From: Camelus dromedarius
Lineage: Eukaryota
Direction of reading: 5' to 3'
DNA length: 64,000 nt
NCBI RefSeq assembly: GCF_036321535.1
Contig: NC_087437.1
Location: forward strand, 39,000,001-39,064,000
Shown here: one piece after another, positions 52,271-64,000 of the stretch
Numbering within the stretch: the stretch's first letter is position 1
Layout: every line of letters begins with the position of its first letter
The notes under the pieces: model-generated
What the model was told of the DNA's origin: nothing
Seen by the model: the letters and a program-made list of their open reading frames with translations, nothing else
Database searches by the model: none
Program-made: the position numbers and the translations under genes

Positions 52271-54719
52271 AGACCCACCTGTTTGTCTACTTCTGAGATA
52301 TGTATTTAAGGAGGTATCTCAGCCTATGGACATTACACTCCTTCTGGGAAGACAGATGAAAAGACTTAGGGTCAGACCCTCTGTCAGTAGGGTTCTTCTT
52401 TATGGGAGTTTTTAAAAAAAAGGCAAGGAGCTCATCCTAGGATAAAATAGATGCCTGCCCTTTATCTCAAAAAGCATGTCAGTTTTCAGAATTGACAGAT
52501 ATTTTGGTGTCACTCTGGATGATGCCCCTAAAAATGTGCTCCAACCTAGCTCTGAAGAGGTAAGTTCAATTTTATCAAGAGACAGTGAGAGAGAGAACTG
52601 AAAAAAAGACAGCATCAGCTGTGGGAGAGCTGCTACACTGGTGGAGATGGAAGGTTTCCTTTTGTGTGAGGGCTGCGTTCCTGAATACAGAAGGGACATG
52701 ATAGAATTAATAGCTATGGAGATAATACCCCAGAAATGAGATCAAGGCCAGTCTCTGGGCAAGAAGTGGTAATAGCTTCTGTGGGAGCCCTCAGGTACTA
52801 TACCAGCAGCGGTAAAGGAAAACTTTAAATTTAATGATCTTAAAATGTTCTGTGTGTGCTATAGCCCATTTAACGGGGCCAAAACAATCCTTTGCTCCTT
52901 TCAACCCAAAAATTCAACTTTGTATTTATTAAGTTTGCCACTAGCTCCTATATTTTATCAGATCTAACATGCCATTAAATGTGGGACATGCTGTTATGAT
53001 AGGTATCACTAAGAAAGAAAAACATACCAAGTAAACTAAGGTTGTGTTACTACTTTATTTTATATGTGCTGAAGGAGCTCTTTAGAAGGCCTCTGAGTGC
53101 CAGGTGAGTTTCCTGACTCTGCTTTACTCAGCTTAAAACAAAGAAGAGTCTCTAATGGTTGCACTACCTTAGCTGGCAGATTTCAGAGCCAAGCAACAGT
53201 GCAGAGAAATCCACCTGGTCCTGCAGCATGTTTGCTTAGCGTGAAACTCCCAAGTTTATAGTCCAGGAGTTCTCAGGAGTGGTTTGGAAAGGGAAGGGTG
53301 GAAAAAAAGAACAACTGTAATCTCACAGGGGGAAGGATTGGCAAAGCGGTAGCAGAGCAATTTGTAGTTGCCAGAAAAGGCTGGATATTTGTAAGACAGA
53401 TCCTGATTTCAGAGATATTAAAATGTGGAGGAAAATGTGCATTTTTGAGTAGAGATAATAGGATGTGTGTGGAGTGAAATTAGTAGGAGCTTTGTAATGT
53501 CACTAGGTATTGAGTGTTGAAAGGCAACTAGGCTACAGAGAAAAATGAAAGTTGGTAGAACTGCTCATTCTTCTCTGTGAATGGGAGAGGGGAGAGAGAG
53601 AGACCAGGGAACAGTGAGACAGACACTGACTGTCTTCTCCTTTGACGATGAGCTTCCTGGGTTGCTTTTCAACCGTTTGGGGAGCCCAGTAGTGGTCAAG
53701 GATCTGACTTTGAGAATGATTTGGTGGTTTAAAAGACCACCATGGTGCCTAAGAGCCATCTGGGACTAATGAGAAAAGAGACATAGCATCAAAGTGGTGT
53801 GGTAGGTGAAAAAGTTAAAGGAATTGTTATTATTTGTGCTTTGATTGGAATTCATGCACTTCATTGACTTATCTCAGGTTTTCTTGGGCTTTAGAATCAT
53901 GAATGACATGATGGAGAAAGATGATAATGTATATTCCTTTCATCCCCCATCCCTCTTGGAGTAAAAGCTTTTGTGCACGTAAGGATCAGTTGGAGAGCTG
54001 GTTAGAAAATGCTCAGCCTGAGCCCCAAGTGAAGAGCTTATGGAGTCCAGGAAAGGGGTATGATCCTGGACTCTGTATCTTTCAGAAGCATCCCTAGTTA
54101 TTTGCAGTAAAAGTAGTACGTGTGTTACGTTTTGGGGAATATAACTTTCATTGCTAACGGCAAGTTTTGTTGTTTAGGTGGTTTTATCTCTCTACCCTTA
54201 AGACTTCTCAGTTAGAATTTTCCCTTTTTCTCCAAGAATCCTCAGAATTGGACACTTTTTTTTTTCCCCACAGTAAATCTCCTTATGGGCAGATTAAGAA
54301 CACTATCTTTGGCCCAGTTTAAACCGGGCGGGTGTTTAAAAAATTAGATATTAACCCACATTTTCTTGGCATAGAAATATACTTCTTCCTAGAAATGTTT
54401 AGATTTCATATTGTAGAGACAAGCTAAGTGCCTAGAAATACTTTCCATTGCATCCAGGCACTACCGGGCTGCCCAGCTGCAAACATCATCCCGACATAAA
54501 ATGCTCCTTGGCTTTGAAGGCTACGGAGACACATTCAGTCTTTTCTGAAAGTAAATAACAGAAGATGCATTCATGTGTTAAATTATTTGCTTGGTAATAC
54601 ATTCCAAGAGAGAAGAAAACATACGACAACATTGTTAGTTGGGTGACACAAACATTTGTGATAATGCTCAAGCACATTTTGCAGAGTGTCTAAGGTGGAT
54701 GGTTGTGTGGCGTGGATGG

Positions 54720-54930
54720 AAGTATGTCAGCTGGCATTTAGCCCATTGGTGAAAGGTTTGGAGCATTTGTGTTGGGTAATTTTATGATGGATTTAAGAGA
54801 ATTTGTTTTCCTTCAGAAAGGATATGATGCATGCAATATTCCATATGTAATTCTTTGAGTAAGAGATAATTGCACTGCACATTAACCAACTATTTGCATT
54901 TAATTAGCAACGGTTTCTGCTACTGTAATG
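54720..54930. promoter_or_regulatory. Candidate enhancer-like block (PBX-HOX plus octamer/homeodomain)
   Basis: TGATGGAT 54785, GATAATTG 54865, ATTTGCAT 54892 followed by TAATTAG 54901. Confidence 0.4.
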
Positions 54931-55327
54931 TTTCTTTTCAGTAAATGTTTGGAAGTGTATTTGTCTTATTTAGTAACTTTTTAAAGATGTTGCCACACCT
55001 CAGTGCTTCTCAAAGATTATCCAAATGTCCTACTCAAGGAAAACATTTCTCAATTACTCAGCATTATAAGCTTAGTTTCCTCGTCTACCTGAGGGCTTGC
55101 ACTAGGTGATGTGTAATATTCTTACCAGCACTCATGTACAATTGCAGTTATGTATATGGTGTTATTGAATATATTTTAGAATTGCAGTCCGTTACTATTT
55201 AGTTTATGTTCCTTTTAGGAAGGATATGTGGGAATAGGTTCTAAAGTAGGACCTTTCAAATCGACGTGCTTGGAAGACCTGCCTCGGACTCACCTAGAAT
55301 GCTGGCTGAAAATGCAGATTTCCTTGG

Positions 55328-55728
55328 TGTTAAGGGCCAAATTGTGTCCCTGCCCTCCTCCTCCCCCCAGTTCTTATGTTGAAGCCCTAACCCTCAATAT
55401 GACTGTATTTGGCAAAAGAGCTTTTAGGAGATAATTAACGTTAAGTGAGGCCATAAGGGTGGGGTCCTAATCTAATAGGATTGGTGGCCTTATATGAAAA
55501 GGAAGAGAGAGATCTCTCATTCCACATGCACCAACTAAAGGCCAAGTGAGGACACAGAGAGAGGGGGGCCACCTGTAAGCCTGGAAGAAAGCTCTCTCCA
55601 GCAACCAAATCAATCGGTGCCTTGATTTTGCACTTTCCAGCCTCCAGAACTGTACGAAAATACATTTCTGTTGTTTAAGCCATCCAGTCTGTGGTATTTT
55701 GTTATAGCAGCCTGAGTTGACTGTGACA
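55328..55728 (+). mobile_element. MLT1A-type MaLR solo LTR inserted in a MER5-like hAT element
   Basis: tgttaaggg...gttgaagccctaaccctc...ccagcctccagaactg...ttgttatagcagcc...tgaca; perfect 5-bp TSD cttgg (55323-55327, 55729-55733); flanks aaaatgcagattt / gggaatctgtatt are MER5-like. Confidence 0.9.
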
Positions 55729-57402
55729 CTTGGTTCCACTCCAGTTTTACTGGATCTAAAATACCAGAAATGAGGTGGCTTGGGAATCTGTATTACAGAG
55801 AAGCCCCTCCCCCTGACACAGGTAGGCAGCCAGTATGTGGTGAGCATAGAGGAGACAATAGATGGTATTACGGCAGCAGGACGGCAGGGGTTGGGGAGTG
55901 AGTATGGTGGAAGTATTTGGTCTTAAGGTTTAAGTATCTGGGTGTCCAAGACCCCACTCAGGGCCAGGGTCTTGATGGTAGGCTATGGTCTCTGCTTAGA
56001 CAGCCAATCAAATGCTGAGAGGGTATATGGAAAATGCTAATGACCTCTGGGAGAAGACAGCCGCACCCTGGGCTAACCTTGCCTCCCAGGGAACACGTGG
56101 CCACAGGATCTGATGGATCTCAGGACTTTGACTTTCCCATGCAGGGTCATATGTCATGTGAGAGCCATCTGAGTAAACTCGTCAAAGGCCAGAGATGGAT
56201 GGGATTTGATACTGCGGTTGTCTCTGAAGGTGCTTTTTTTGTCCCCTCTCTCCAGGTTCTTGGCAGTCCTCTCAGACAAGGTTTCAGTTTCCAGACCTTG
56301 CTTTCTTCTCTAGCTGTGATGTCGTCCTCTTCCACAGAACTCTGGGCTTGCTCCTCTGTGCGCCCTCACACTCACACTCTCGCCGCCATCATAGTAAACT
56401 CGTCCTGGCCCAGCCCTTAACCAGGGAATTGATAAACTAATCCTTGCAAATATATTAATGGATTTTCAGATGATGACTTTTCAGGTAACTTATTTACATT
56501 TTAATAGAGAGCCTTCAGGAGGCAAAGCCTTGAAACACCAAGGAGTTATTCTACTGACAAAAATTTCAAGCCATTTCCCTCTCAAATTATATGGGCAGCT
56601 GTCTCATTGACTTAAGTCCAGAAACAACCCAGCTCAAGGTATAAATAAAACAGGACCGAAGCAGTTCTATTCAAGGTCATAAAAAGAACTGAAAGAGACT
56701 CACTATCCCCTGGCCCAACACACGCGCCGCTGGATGCCATCCCTTCCTGTTCCTGTTTATTCAGGGATGTGCTTTACCACAAGTCATGTTCTCTCTTTTT
56801 CCCTCTCTCTTCCTGTCTCCCCTCCACCTCCCCTTAACTCCTCTTTCTTTGTCCATTTCCACTTAAACTTGTTCAAATCTCTCCCACTTAAGACCCAACA
56901 CCCTTGTCTCTTCTCTGTGCTCTTGAGCAAAATGTTTAGAAAAATGAGTGTAGAGATCACTGTCCCTGTGTTTTCTCTACTACTCATTCTGCTGCTTACA
57001 ACTCTCACCCTTTACACGGCTCCAACTAAGCTCATCAAGTGCTTCCTTTACGCTAAATTTAATCAACACATCCTAATCGTTAGACCTTGAGAGACCTCGC
57101 CCACTGCGAACTCCTCCCACGTTCCCTAGGACAACACCGCCACACAAACACCCACAGCAAGTGTGTGTCCACCACACCCAGAAAAGAAATTTCCAAATTA
57201 TAACTGTAACAACTCTGAGAATATGCTCGTGATCTCTAATTCCTTTCCACCTGGGCCCAAATACAAAGATCAGAAACTACTGGTAGGAGTGGTAGGGAAA
57301 TGGAGCTAAGATAGAAGGAGGGATCTTAGCGTTCCCCCACTGCCTTTGTGGATTTCCAGATCTAGAGTAAGCTCCACCTGGGAGACAGCAGTTTTCTTAA
57401 GG

Positions 57403-57626
57403 CAGGCTTTCTCAGCCTCAGCACTACTGAGATTGCAGGACAGATAATTCTTTGTCATGGGGGCTGTCCTGTGCATTGATCCCCAAGCATCAGCCCTGGC
57501 TTCTACTCAGTAGACGCTGGTAGCATCCACTCTCCCCAACTGTGACAGCTCACAGTGTCTCCAGACATTACCAAATATTCCCTGAGGGCAATTCTTTTAC
57601 CCCTCTCTCCTACTTGAGAACCACTG
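57403..57626 (+). mobile_element. MER20 (hAT-Charlie)
   Basis: caggctttctcagcctcagcactactga...gataattctttgtc...gtctccagacatt...ttgagaaccactg. Confidence 0.9.
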
Positions 57627-58080
57627 TTAAGGGAAATGAAGTTTGGAGTTTTAATTACTGCACTGGACAGGATATTCAGATTACTGAAATGATCTTTTCT
57701 GGTGACTAAAGAAGAGAGAAGTTATAGGACCTGCCAAAACTTCACACAGTGGCAGGGATGTGACGTTTTAAAAGATCCATACCAAAAAAAAAAAAAAAAT
57801 CTGAAAAAAAATCTTAAAGATTTCTCCCTCTACTTGTCTTTTGAAAAAGTTATTCTACTTACTTCCTTATCTAAAGGCTAAATGTATGAATTTAGATTCT
57901 AGTTTGCCCCAGATAGTTTTGTCCCAGCTTAGTTATTAATAGAACCTCCTTTCTCAAAAGTGTCCCATTTTGGATGGAAATGACAGGGCCCCCTACTAAC
58001 TGTTTTCTCAGCCACATGAAAGCATCAGGAGGGAAGGCGTTTCTTCCTTGTGCGCTGCTGTATCCCCGTGGTGCTGTCAG

Positions 58081-58560
58081 TATGGCGGCTAATTTTGTGT
58101 CAACTTGACCGGGCCAAGGGGTGCCTAGATTAAACATTATTTCTGGGCACATCTGTGAAGACATTTCTGGATGAGATTAGCATTGGAGTGTGTGGACTCA
58201 AAGTGGCTTGCTCTCTCCAGTGTGGGTGGGCAGCATCCAATCCATCGAGGGCCGAAATAGAACAGAAAGGCAGAAGGAAGAATGGGCCCCTTTTTGCTTC
58301 CTGCTCGCCTGCTGAACTGGGACGTTGATCTTCTCCTCCTGCCTTTGGACTGGGATTCATGCCACTGGCTCCCCTGGTTCTCAGGCCTTCAGACTCAGGC
58401 TAGAATCAACGCAGCCCACTTCCCTGGGCCTCCAGCTGGCAGACAGCAGATGGTGGCACTTCTCGGCCTCCATAATTTTGTGAACCAATTCTGCACGAAG
58501 AATCCCTTTTTGTATGTGTACCTATTGCTTCTGCTTCTCTGGAGAACACTGCTCACTACA
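58081..58560 (+). mobile_element. MLT2 (ERVL) solo LTR
   Basis: gctaattttgtgtcaacttgac...aaacattatttctggg...catccaatccatcgagggcc...tctctggagaacactgctcactaca; no internal sequence follows. Confidence 0.9.
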
Positions 58561-59714
58561 GCCATGGAGTGGTCAACGAATAAATACTTGTCAAACCTCC
58601 AGTAAAAATAAAACTCAGTGATGTCATGTAATTCATCAGCGGGACTGGCGTGGCCCCGAAGGAGGCGGGTACAGGGAGTTTCCCTCTGCATGTCAGGGTG
58701 CAGTTCAGAAGTCCTTCTGAGGGGATTCTGAGGTTTCCTGGCCACATTTCAGCCAGGTCACCTTGCCCAAATTCCCAGGGAGGAGAGTAGGCTGCTTGTA
58801 CACACAGCTGAATGCATGTCACTGTCATTGCTCTGCAAGCCTACTTATATTTTGAAAAGAAAATCACTATTCATACTTTATTCATTATTGGTAGGTCAGT
58901 CCATGTGATTTGTCCCTAAGGGGAATAAATGAGAATAGAATTTAGATTGTGAAGGATATTTCTTCTATAAGAGTGCAGTGTGGAAGAGGGGTCTGCCTTA
59001 AAGAATTGTTCTAGGTGAATCTCTCTGTTCCTTCATGTTTACTCAGTTCTTCATCACCACCGAGCGTGTACTGGCACAGCCATGCAGACGCGTACACACT
59101 CTCAAAAACTTGTGCATACTTTACCTGGTTATTTTCAAGTTCCTGTGTTGGAGTTACTTGCTGAAGAAATTGAGAAATGCTCTTCATTTAAGAAGAAGTC
59201 AGGAGTGATATGCAATATGACTGGTAAAATCCTCAACTTGGCCTTTAATAAGAAGTAGATGGCATAATTGGGGTGTCCTTATCATCTCCTGGAAGAAAAG
59301 CTTAACATCCTAAGATTGTAGCAGACACATTTCTACACCGATGCCCTAAACAATGCCTTAGCACCTCTGGAATCACTGATATGTTTCCTTCCAGAAATAA
59401 CGGTAAACCTCTGGAAGCATTTATGATTCAAACAGATTGAGAATTAAATAATATTATTTCCCTACTCTGAGAGCTTTTGATTGTATTATTTTCATTGTAT
59501 TAATTATAATACTTGTGAATCAGTAGCCTCATTTTATGTTTGAGCGAACTGTGACTGTGAGAGTTTAGGACTTAAACACGGGTTTCCATGACCCCAAGCC
59601 ATTGCATCTTCTGGTATTTCATTAGAAGTCTTTTGGCCAATATCAGACGGTAAAAGAACAAATGTAACATATTTATCACATTTAATATGGTGAAATCCTT
59701 ATGAAGATTCTCGG

Positions 59715-59870
59715 ACAAAATTACTTATCCACACCAGGCCTCTATATTTTTATCTGCAAAGTGAAGATAGTAAGAGTAGCTACCTTATAGGACTGTTAAG
59801 AGACTAAAATTAAATAATGTATTTACAGAACTTAACAAAGTCTGTACACAGCAACTGTTCAGCAACTTTT
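59715..59870 (+). mobile_element. MIR SINE
   Basis: atctgcaaagtgaagatagtaagagtagctaccttataggactgtt...aaataatgtattt MIR core. Confidence 0.7.
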
Positions 59871-60892
59871 TATCAAGAGCAGAGCAAGAATGCATTTGAT
59901 ACACCTATAAATTATTTTTTATATATATAGGAAATAATTTAGGGACGTTAATAATTCTTTAAAAATTATTTACTTTTGTGTCATGGTTAGGTATTTAGCA
60001 AGAATCTGTTACTTTGCAGCAATACGCTAGGTATCACAGAGAGTGTACGGAAGCATCTTGTCTGCTGGTGAGCCCCTTCCGTCCTGGTTATGAAGATAAA
60101 ACACACACATAAATTAAAGAACACCGAGTTGTGAGATTCCATCTGGAAGAGCAACAGGGGTCTGGTGGTGGTGCTAGCTGGCTCCTTAAGAAGTGTAGAC
60201 TATGGAGAGAGGGAGGGAGGGAGGAAGGGAGGGCAGCGGGAAGGGCGGTGGTCATGAACAAGGCTATGGAGAGGTCAAGAGCAAGGCCCTTTGCAGAGAA
60301 GCAACCAGACAGAGGCAAGACACTGCCTTGGTGGAATTAAAAAGGAAGGAACGCTTTTTTTGAGTTGCTGCTCTGTTAAGTGTTTTATCATTTCCTTATA
60401 GGAATTTTGAAAACTGAATTTCTAAACTAGACCTATTTGGAATTGCCCGTTTTTCTCCCTTCCATACAGCAGCGCAGGACACCGGGAGCCTCCGGGGGAG
60501 CCCAGACAATAGACTCCTGGTGTGGATTTGCTCCACATAGACTGCATGTACAAATGCAAAGACTGGCCTCTGAAATATTTTATATTTACATGTGAAATAG
60601 CTTAAATTGTTTGAAAATGTTACTTGATTACTTATATGCATTTCCAAGTAGCCTCCCTGCCTACCTTTTGAACTTCATTTTCACCAGACCGGTGGAGGAT
60701 CTTAATTGGACTGACTAGACTCCTTTGTTCCATAACACCAGTGCTTACCTGTCACTCATGTCTTCTAATGTCTACTGCGATGGCTGGAAGATTGCCTCTC
60801 TTTAGATAAACTTCTGGAGAGATTTTAATAACTTTTAAACCTTTGTACTTGCATTTGTCCTATCCATGCTTTCAAGTGTTCTTTCATATCAT

Positions 60893-61465
60893 CTTTTAAC
60901 AGATTTATTGAGATAGAATTCACATACCATCCAATTCACTCATTTAAAGCATATGATTCAATGGCTTTTAGTAGAATCATAGAATTGTGCAGCCATTACC
61001 ACAGTCCATCTTAGAACACTTTCATCATGCCAGAAAGAAGCCCTGTACCTTTTAGCCACCATCCCTCACTCCCTCCGTGCCCCCAGGCCTAGGCAACCAG
61101 GAAACGACTTTCTATCTCTATACATTTGTGTTCTGGACATTCCATACAAATGGAATCCTGTTATAAGTGGCTCGCTTCCTTCACTTGGCGTAATGGTTTT
61201 AAGTTCACCCATGTTGTAGCATATATTAGTACTTCATTTCTTTAATATTTCATTGAATGGAAACACCACATTTTACTTACCTTTTCATCAGTTCATGAAC
61301 ACTCGGTTCTTTCAACTTCTTGGATGTTACGAATATGGCTGTTATGAACATTCATGTGCAGTTTTTCTGTGTGAGCATGTGCTTTTATTTCTCTTGAGTG
61401 TATTTCCAGGAATGGGATTGCTGGATGATATGGTAACCCTGTGATTATCCCTTTCATGACCTTCT
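60893..61465 (-). mobile_element. LINE-1 3' end (L1MB-like)
   Basis: tttattgagatagaattcacataccat...ggcttttagta...ccattaccacag...ttctggacattccatacaaatggaatc. Confidence 0.9.
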
Positions 61466-61609
61466 GAACTTGGAGATGGCCTCACAACATACCTATATCC
61501 AGGCACACCAGACACACGCCTCTGCCCTCAAATGCTCTTGTTTTGCTTGGTTCCACTGTAGGCTCTCTGCTTTTCTTGTATTCATAATCTCCTTTATGTC
61601 TTCTTACAA

Positions 61610-62650
61610 ATCCAGTGCTTAGAATACCAACCAAATGTTTATTTCTAACCCAGACTACTTCTCTGGACTCTGGATCTCTATATCCATATGTTCAGTACCA
61701 GATCTTTTTGAATACTCCATAGGGACTTCTAAATCAATCTTTTATTCCCCGCTCTTCCAATATGCTCCTCCTTCTGTATATTCTAACTGGGTGAATGACA
61801 CATCCTCATAAGGAATCCAATAGCCATGCTAGCCTTGTTCTTTCTCTTATACAATCCATCACCAAACACTGTTGACTCAGTCTCCTAAACGTGACGAGTC
61901 TTTCCCCTCACTCCACCCTCACTGTCATTGCTTTGGTTGAAGCTCTCAAGTCCCCGCCATGCAGTAGCCTCTTAACATACCATTCTGTAGACCAACCACT
62001 TCCTCTTCTATCTGTTCTTCCCGAGGCTGCCAGAAATGTTGCTCTGAAACACACATCTAATCATATCCCTCCTCTGCTAAAATCTCTCAGTGTTTCCCCA
62101 TAGTCTACAGAATAAACTGCTATCTACTGGGCTTGGTGTACCAAACCTTTCATAGCCTGACCCCAGCAACCTTCGAGCTTTGATTATTGCCAGCTTGTGT
62201 CCAGATGAAAAATTGTCAAGGACCCCATGTGAGCTGAGGGTTTTTTCACCTTCCTGTCTTCCTCTACCTAGTTTCCTCCACCTAGACTGTCCAGTCTCTC
62301 AGCCTCTTTGTGGTCTGACTAAATTCCACTACAGTTCTTTTTTGGGGCAAAGAAATAAACATGTATCATGAAAAATAAGCTTTTTGTTCTTTAGGATATT
62401 TTGAACCTTTAGCAAAAATATTCCTTAATCTCAGTTTGAATTAGTTTGGTTCCTAAAGCATCTTGTACCTTCTTTCATCATAGACATTATTGCACTATAT
62501 TTTAAATATATCCCTTTACTCACCTCACCTGACTTCCTCAATTCACTGTTAGTTTCTTGAGGCATAAAGCCACATCTGTTTGCCTTTGTCCTCTCAGCAC
62601 TCTGTACAATAGTAGGTAGGAATAATATGTTGAATGAATGCATGAATTCT
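61610..62650 (+). mobile_element. LINE-2 3' portion, fragmented
   Basis: cccagactacttctctggactc...caatccatcaccaa...gcagtagcctcttaac...tail gtaggtagg...tgttgaatgaatg. Confidence 0.7.
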
Positions 62651-64000
62651 ACATGCACCAAGTATTCCAAACCCTCAGATCTGCTTGTTTCAGATTCCCA
62701 GTGTTTCATGTGACCCAGCTTCCTCCATGCCTACAGCTAGTGACAGTATTAAATACGTGATATGTGATACGAATGTGGTCCTCTTTCTTATACTTGCTTT
62801 CCTGCCATCTGCTCAGCTCGCTTTTCTTTCTGGTTCTCATGGTTATTCTTGCTGTTTTGCCTCAATTTGGCAAGGATGGCTGCTTAGACTGAATTTCCAA
62901 GGCCAGGAGACTTGAACTCACTCTGTGACTTGTGAGGGTCTGTGTGTGACTGGTCTTCATGCTGCCATCTTATCATTCTCTGCAGCCTTGAAGGTAATTC
63001 TCTTTGCAAATGGATGTAATAGGAAATGAAACATTTCCCTCTGCAATGGCTATCGCTTAATGGCCAAAGAAAAGTCCAGATAGTGTTATAAGCTTTCTAT
63101 GAGTTTCTTCTGATTTTCCCTTTAAACAGTTGAAAATTACTAGTTAGACTTTGAAAAAGGAAGGGGAGGGGTATGATACAGGAGTTCCACCCCTGCATAC
63201 CTCTTTTCCCACACATAGTTCTAGAATCACTCTTTAAACATTTGCTTCATTGTAAGAAAAACAGCTTTTATTTCAGAATTTCCCATTGGGCTTCCACTTC
63301 CTCTCATTAAAATGAATGTGTTTGCAGTTTGGAAGAAGAATTATAGGGCCATCCTTTTGAATGTTGAATGGAAAAGTGAATACATTTAAGGCAGAAGAGG
63401 CTCCTGCTTGTATTCTCATAAAATGTGAAATGCTGTATAAAAATATAGCCAACATCTAGTTTCAAAAATCTATTAATAGGCTGTTAATCAGTCTAACAAA
63501 ATATTTCAATTTTTTTTGGTCATTTGAGTTTTGATCGATAGCTTTAAAGTTCCTTTTATTTGGATATTGATTAGCATGAGGTAGAGAACAAAACAAGAAA
63601 AAAAATCAGCTTTTTAAAAATATTCCATGGTGTTCCAAATAGACAAAATAAACAATTACGTTGGTGATTGTGTAATTTAGTGTTTATCATCAAAAAGCTG
63701 TATTTCCGTGCTTTTTATCTCTGGTTTAAAGACATTTTGTAAAGATTTCAGACAACAAATGGAAAATCTAGTTCATAAAGCAAAGAGAGATAACTTGCAT
63801 TGTGAGGACTGGAAGTAGTTACTCCACAGAATTCTTTTATTTTAAATACAGTGTTTTGAAGAAAGACGAATAGGTTTTCAAGCCTATCAGTTGTCCCAGA
63901 CATTGCCAATAAGGTCAAGTCTGGAAGAAGTGAAAGCGAAAGAGAGAAAGTAGTAACTTTCATAAGGAGACTTTGTTTATTCCAGGAGATAAATGAGATT

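Noticed and set aside
52490..52559. 70-nt exon-like segment ending in GAG|GTAAGT
   Set aside because: Poor pyrimidine tract; in frame with the 46650 candidate's phase-0 end it stops immediately (AAT TGA); peptide unrecognised
54043..54073. 10-bp stem hairpin gagtccagga/tcctggactc
   Set aside because: Short, and appears to lie in a degenerate MER5-like palindromic MITE; within chance expectation
14089..58560. The two same-strand MLT2 LTRs as the ends of one provirus
   Set aside because: 44 kb apart, outer flanks do not form a TSD (ctatg vs gccat), and no ERVL internal sequence precedes the second LTR
170..63963. The 60-129 aa ORFs in the supplied track as protein-coding genes
   Set aside because: Eukaryotic intron-like DNA. 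The ORFs are short, low-complexity or repeat-derived, many start at non-ATG codons, and none resembles a cellular protein I recognise; only L1 ORF2 and ERVL Gag relics are identifiable

Overview
Mammalian genomic DNA, AT-rich, repeat-dense and without a CpG island. Two copies of a tRNA-derived SINE of the Vic-1 type and two short young L1 3' ends point to a camelid (Camelus/Vicugna/Lama); this assignment is by recognition, not by search. The window looks like the inside of a very long intron or a gene-poor interval. It is mostly old L1, L2, MIR, MaLR (MLT1), ERVL (MLT2 LTR plus decayed gag) and hAT DNA-transposon relics, separated by non-repetitive blocks rich in homeodomain/POU/PBX-HOX/SOX motifs that resemble conserved enhancers. 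No intact protein-coding gene is present: the ORF track is chance ORFs plus decayed L1 ORF2 and ERVL Gag fragments. The only credible exon is a 22-nt plus-strand microexon candidate (46650-46671) of an unidentified host gene. I did not find a convincing new biological system. The best leads are that microexon, YAG|GTAAG recursive-splice-like sites, a tail-less TSD-flanked L1 that looks internally primed, an L1 whose 5' terminus is fused directly to ORF2, a CpG-rich solo LTR nested in ERVL gag, a ~65-bp near-perfect palindrome and four enhancer-like blocks. Repeat subfamily names come from recalled consensus sequences, and boundaries without TSDs are approximate.
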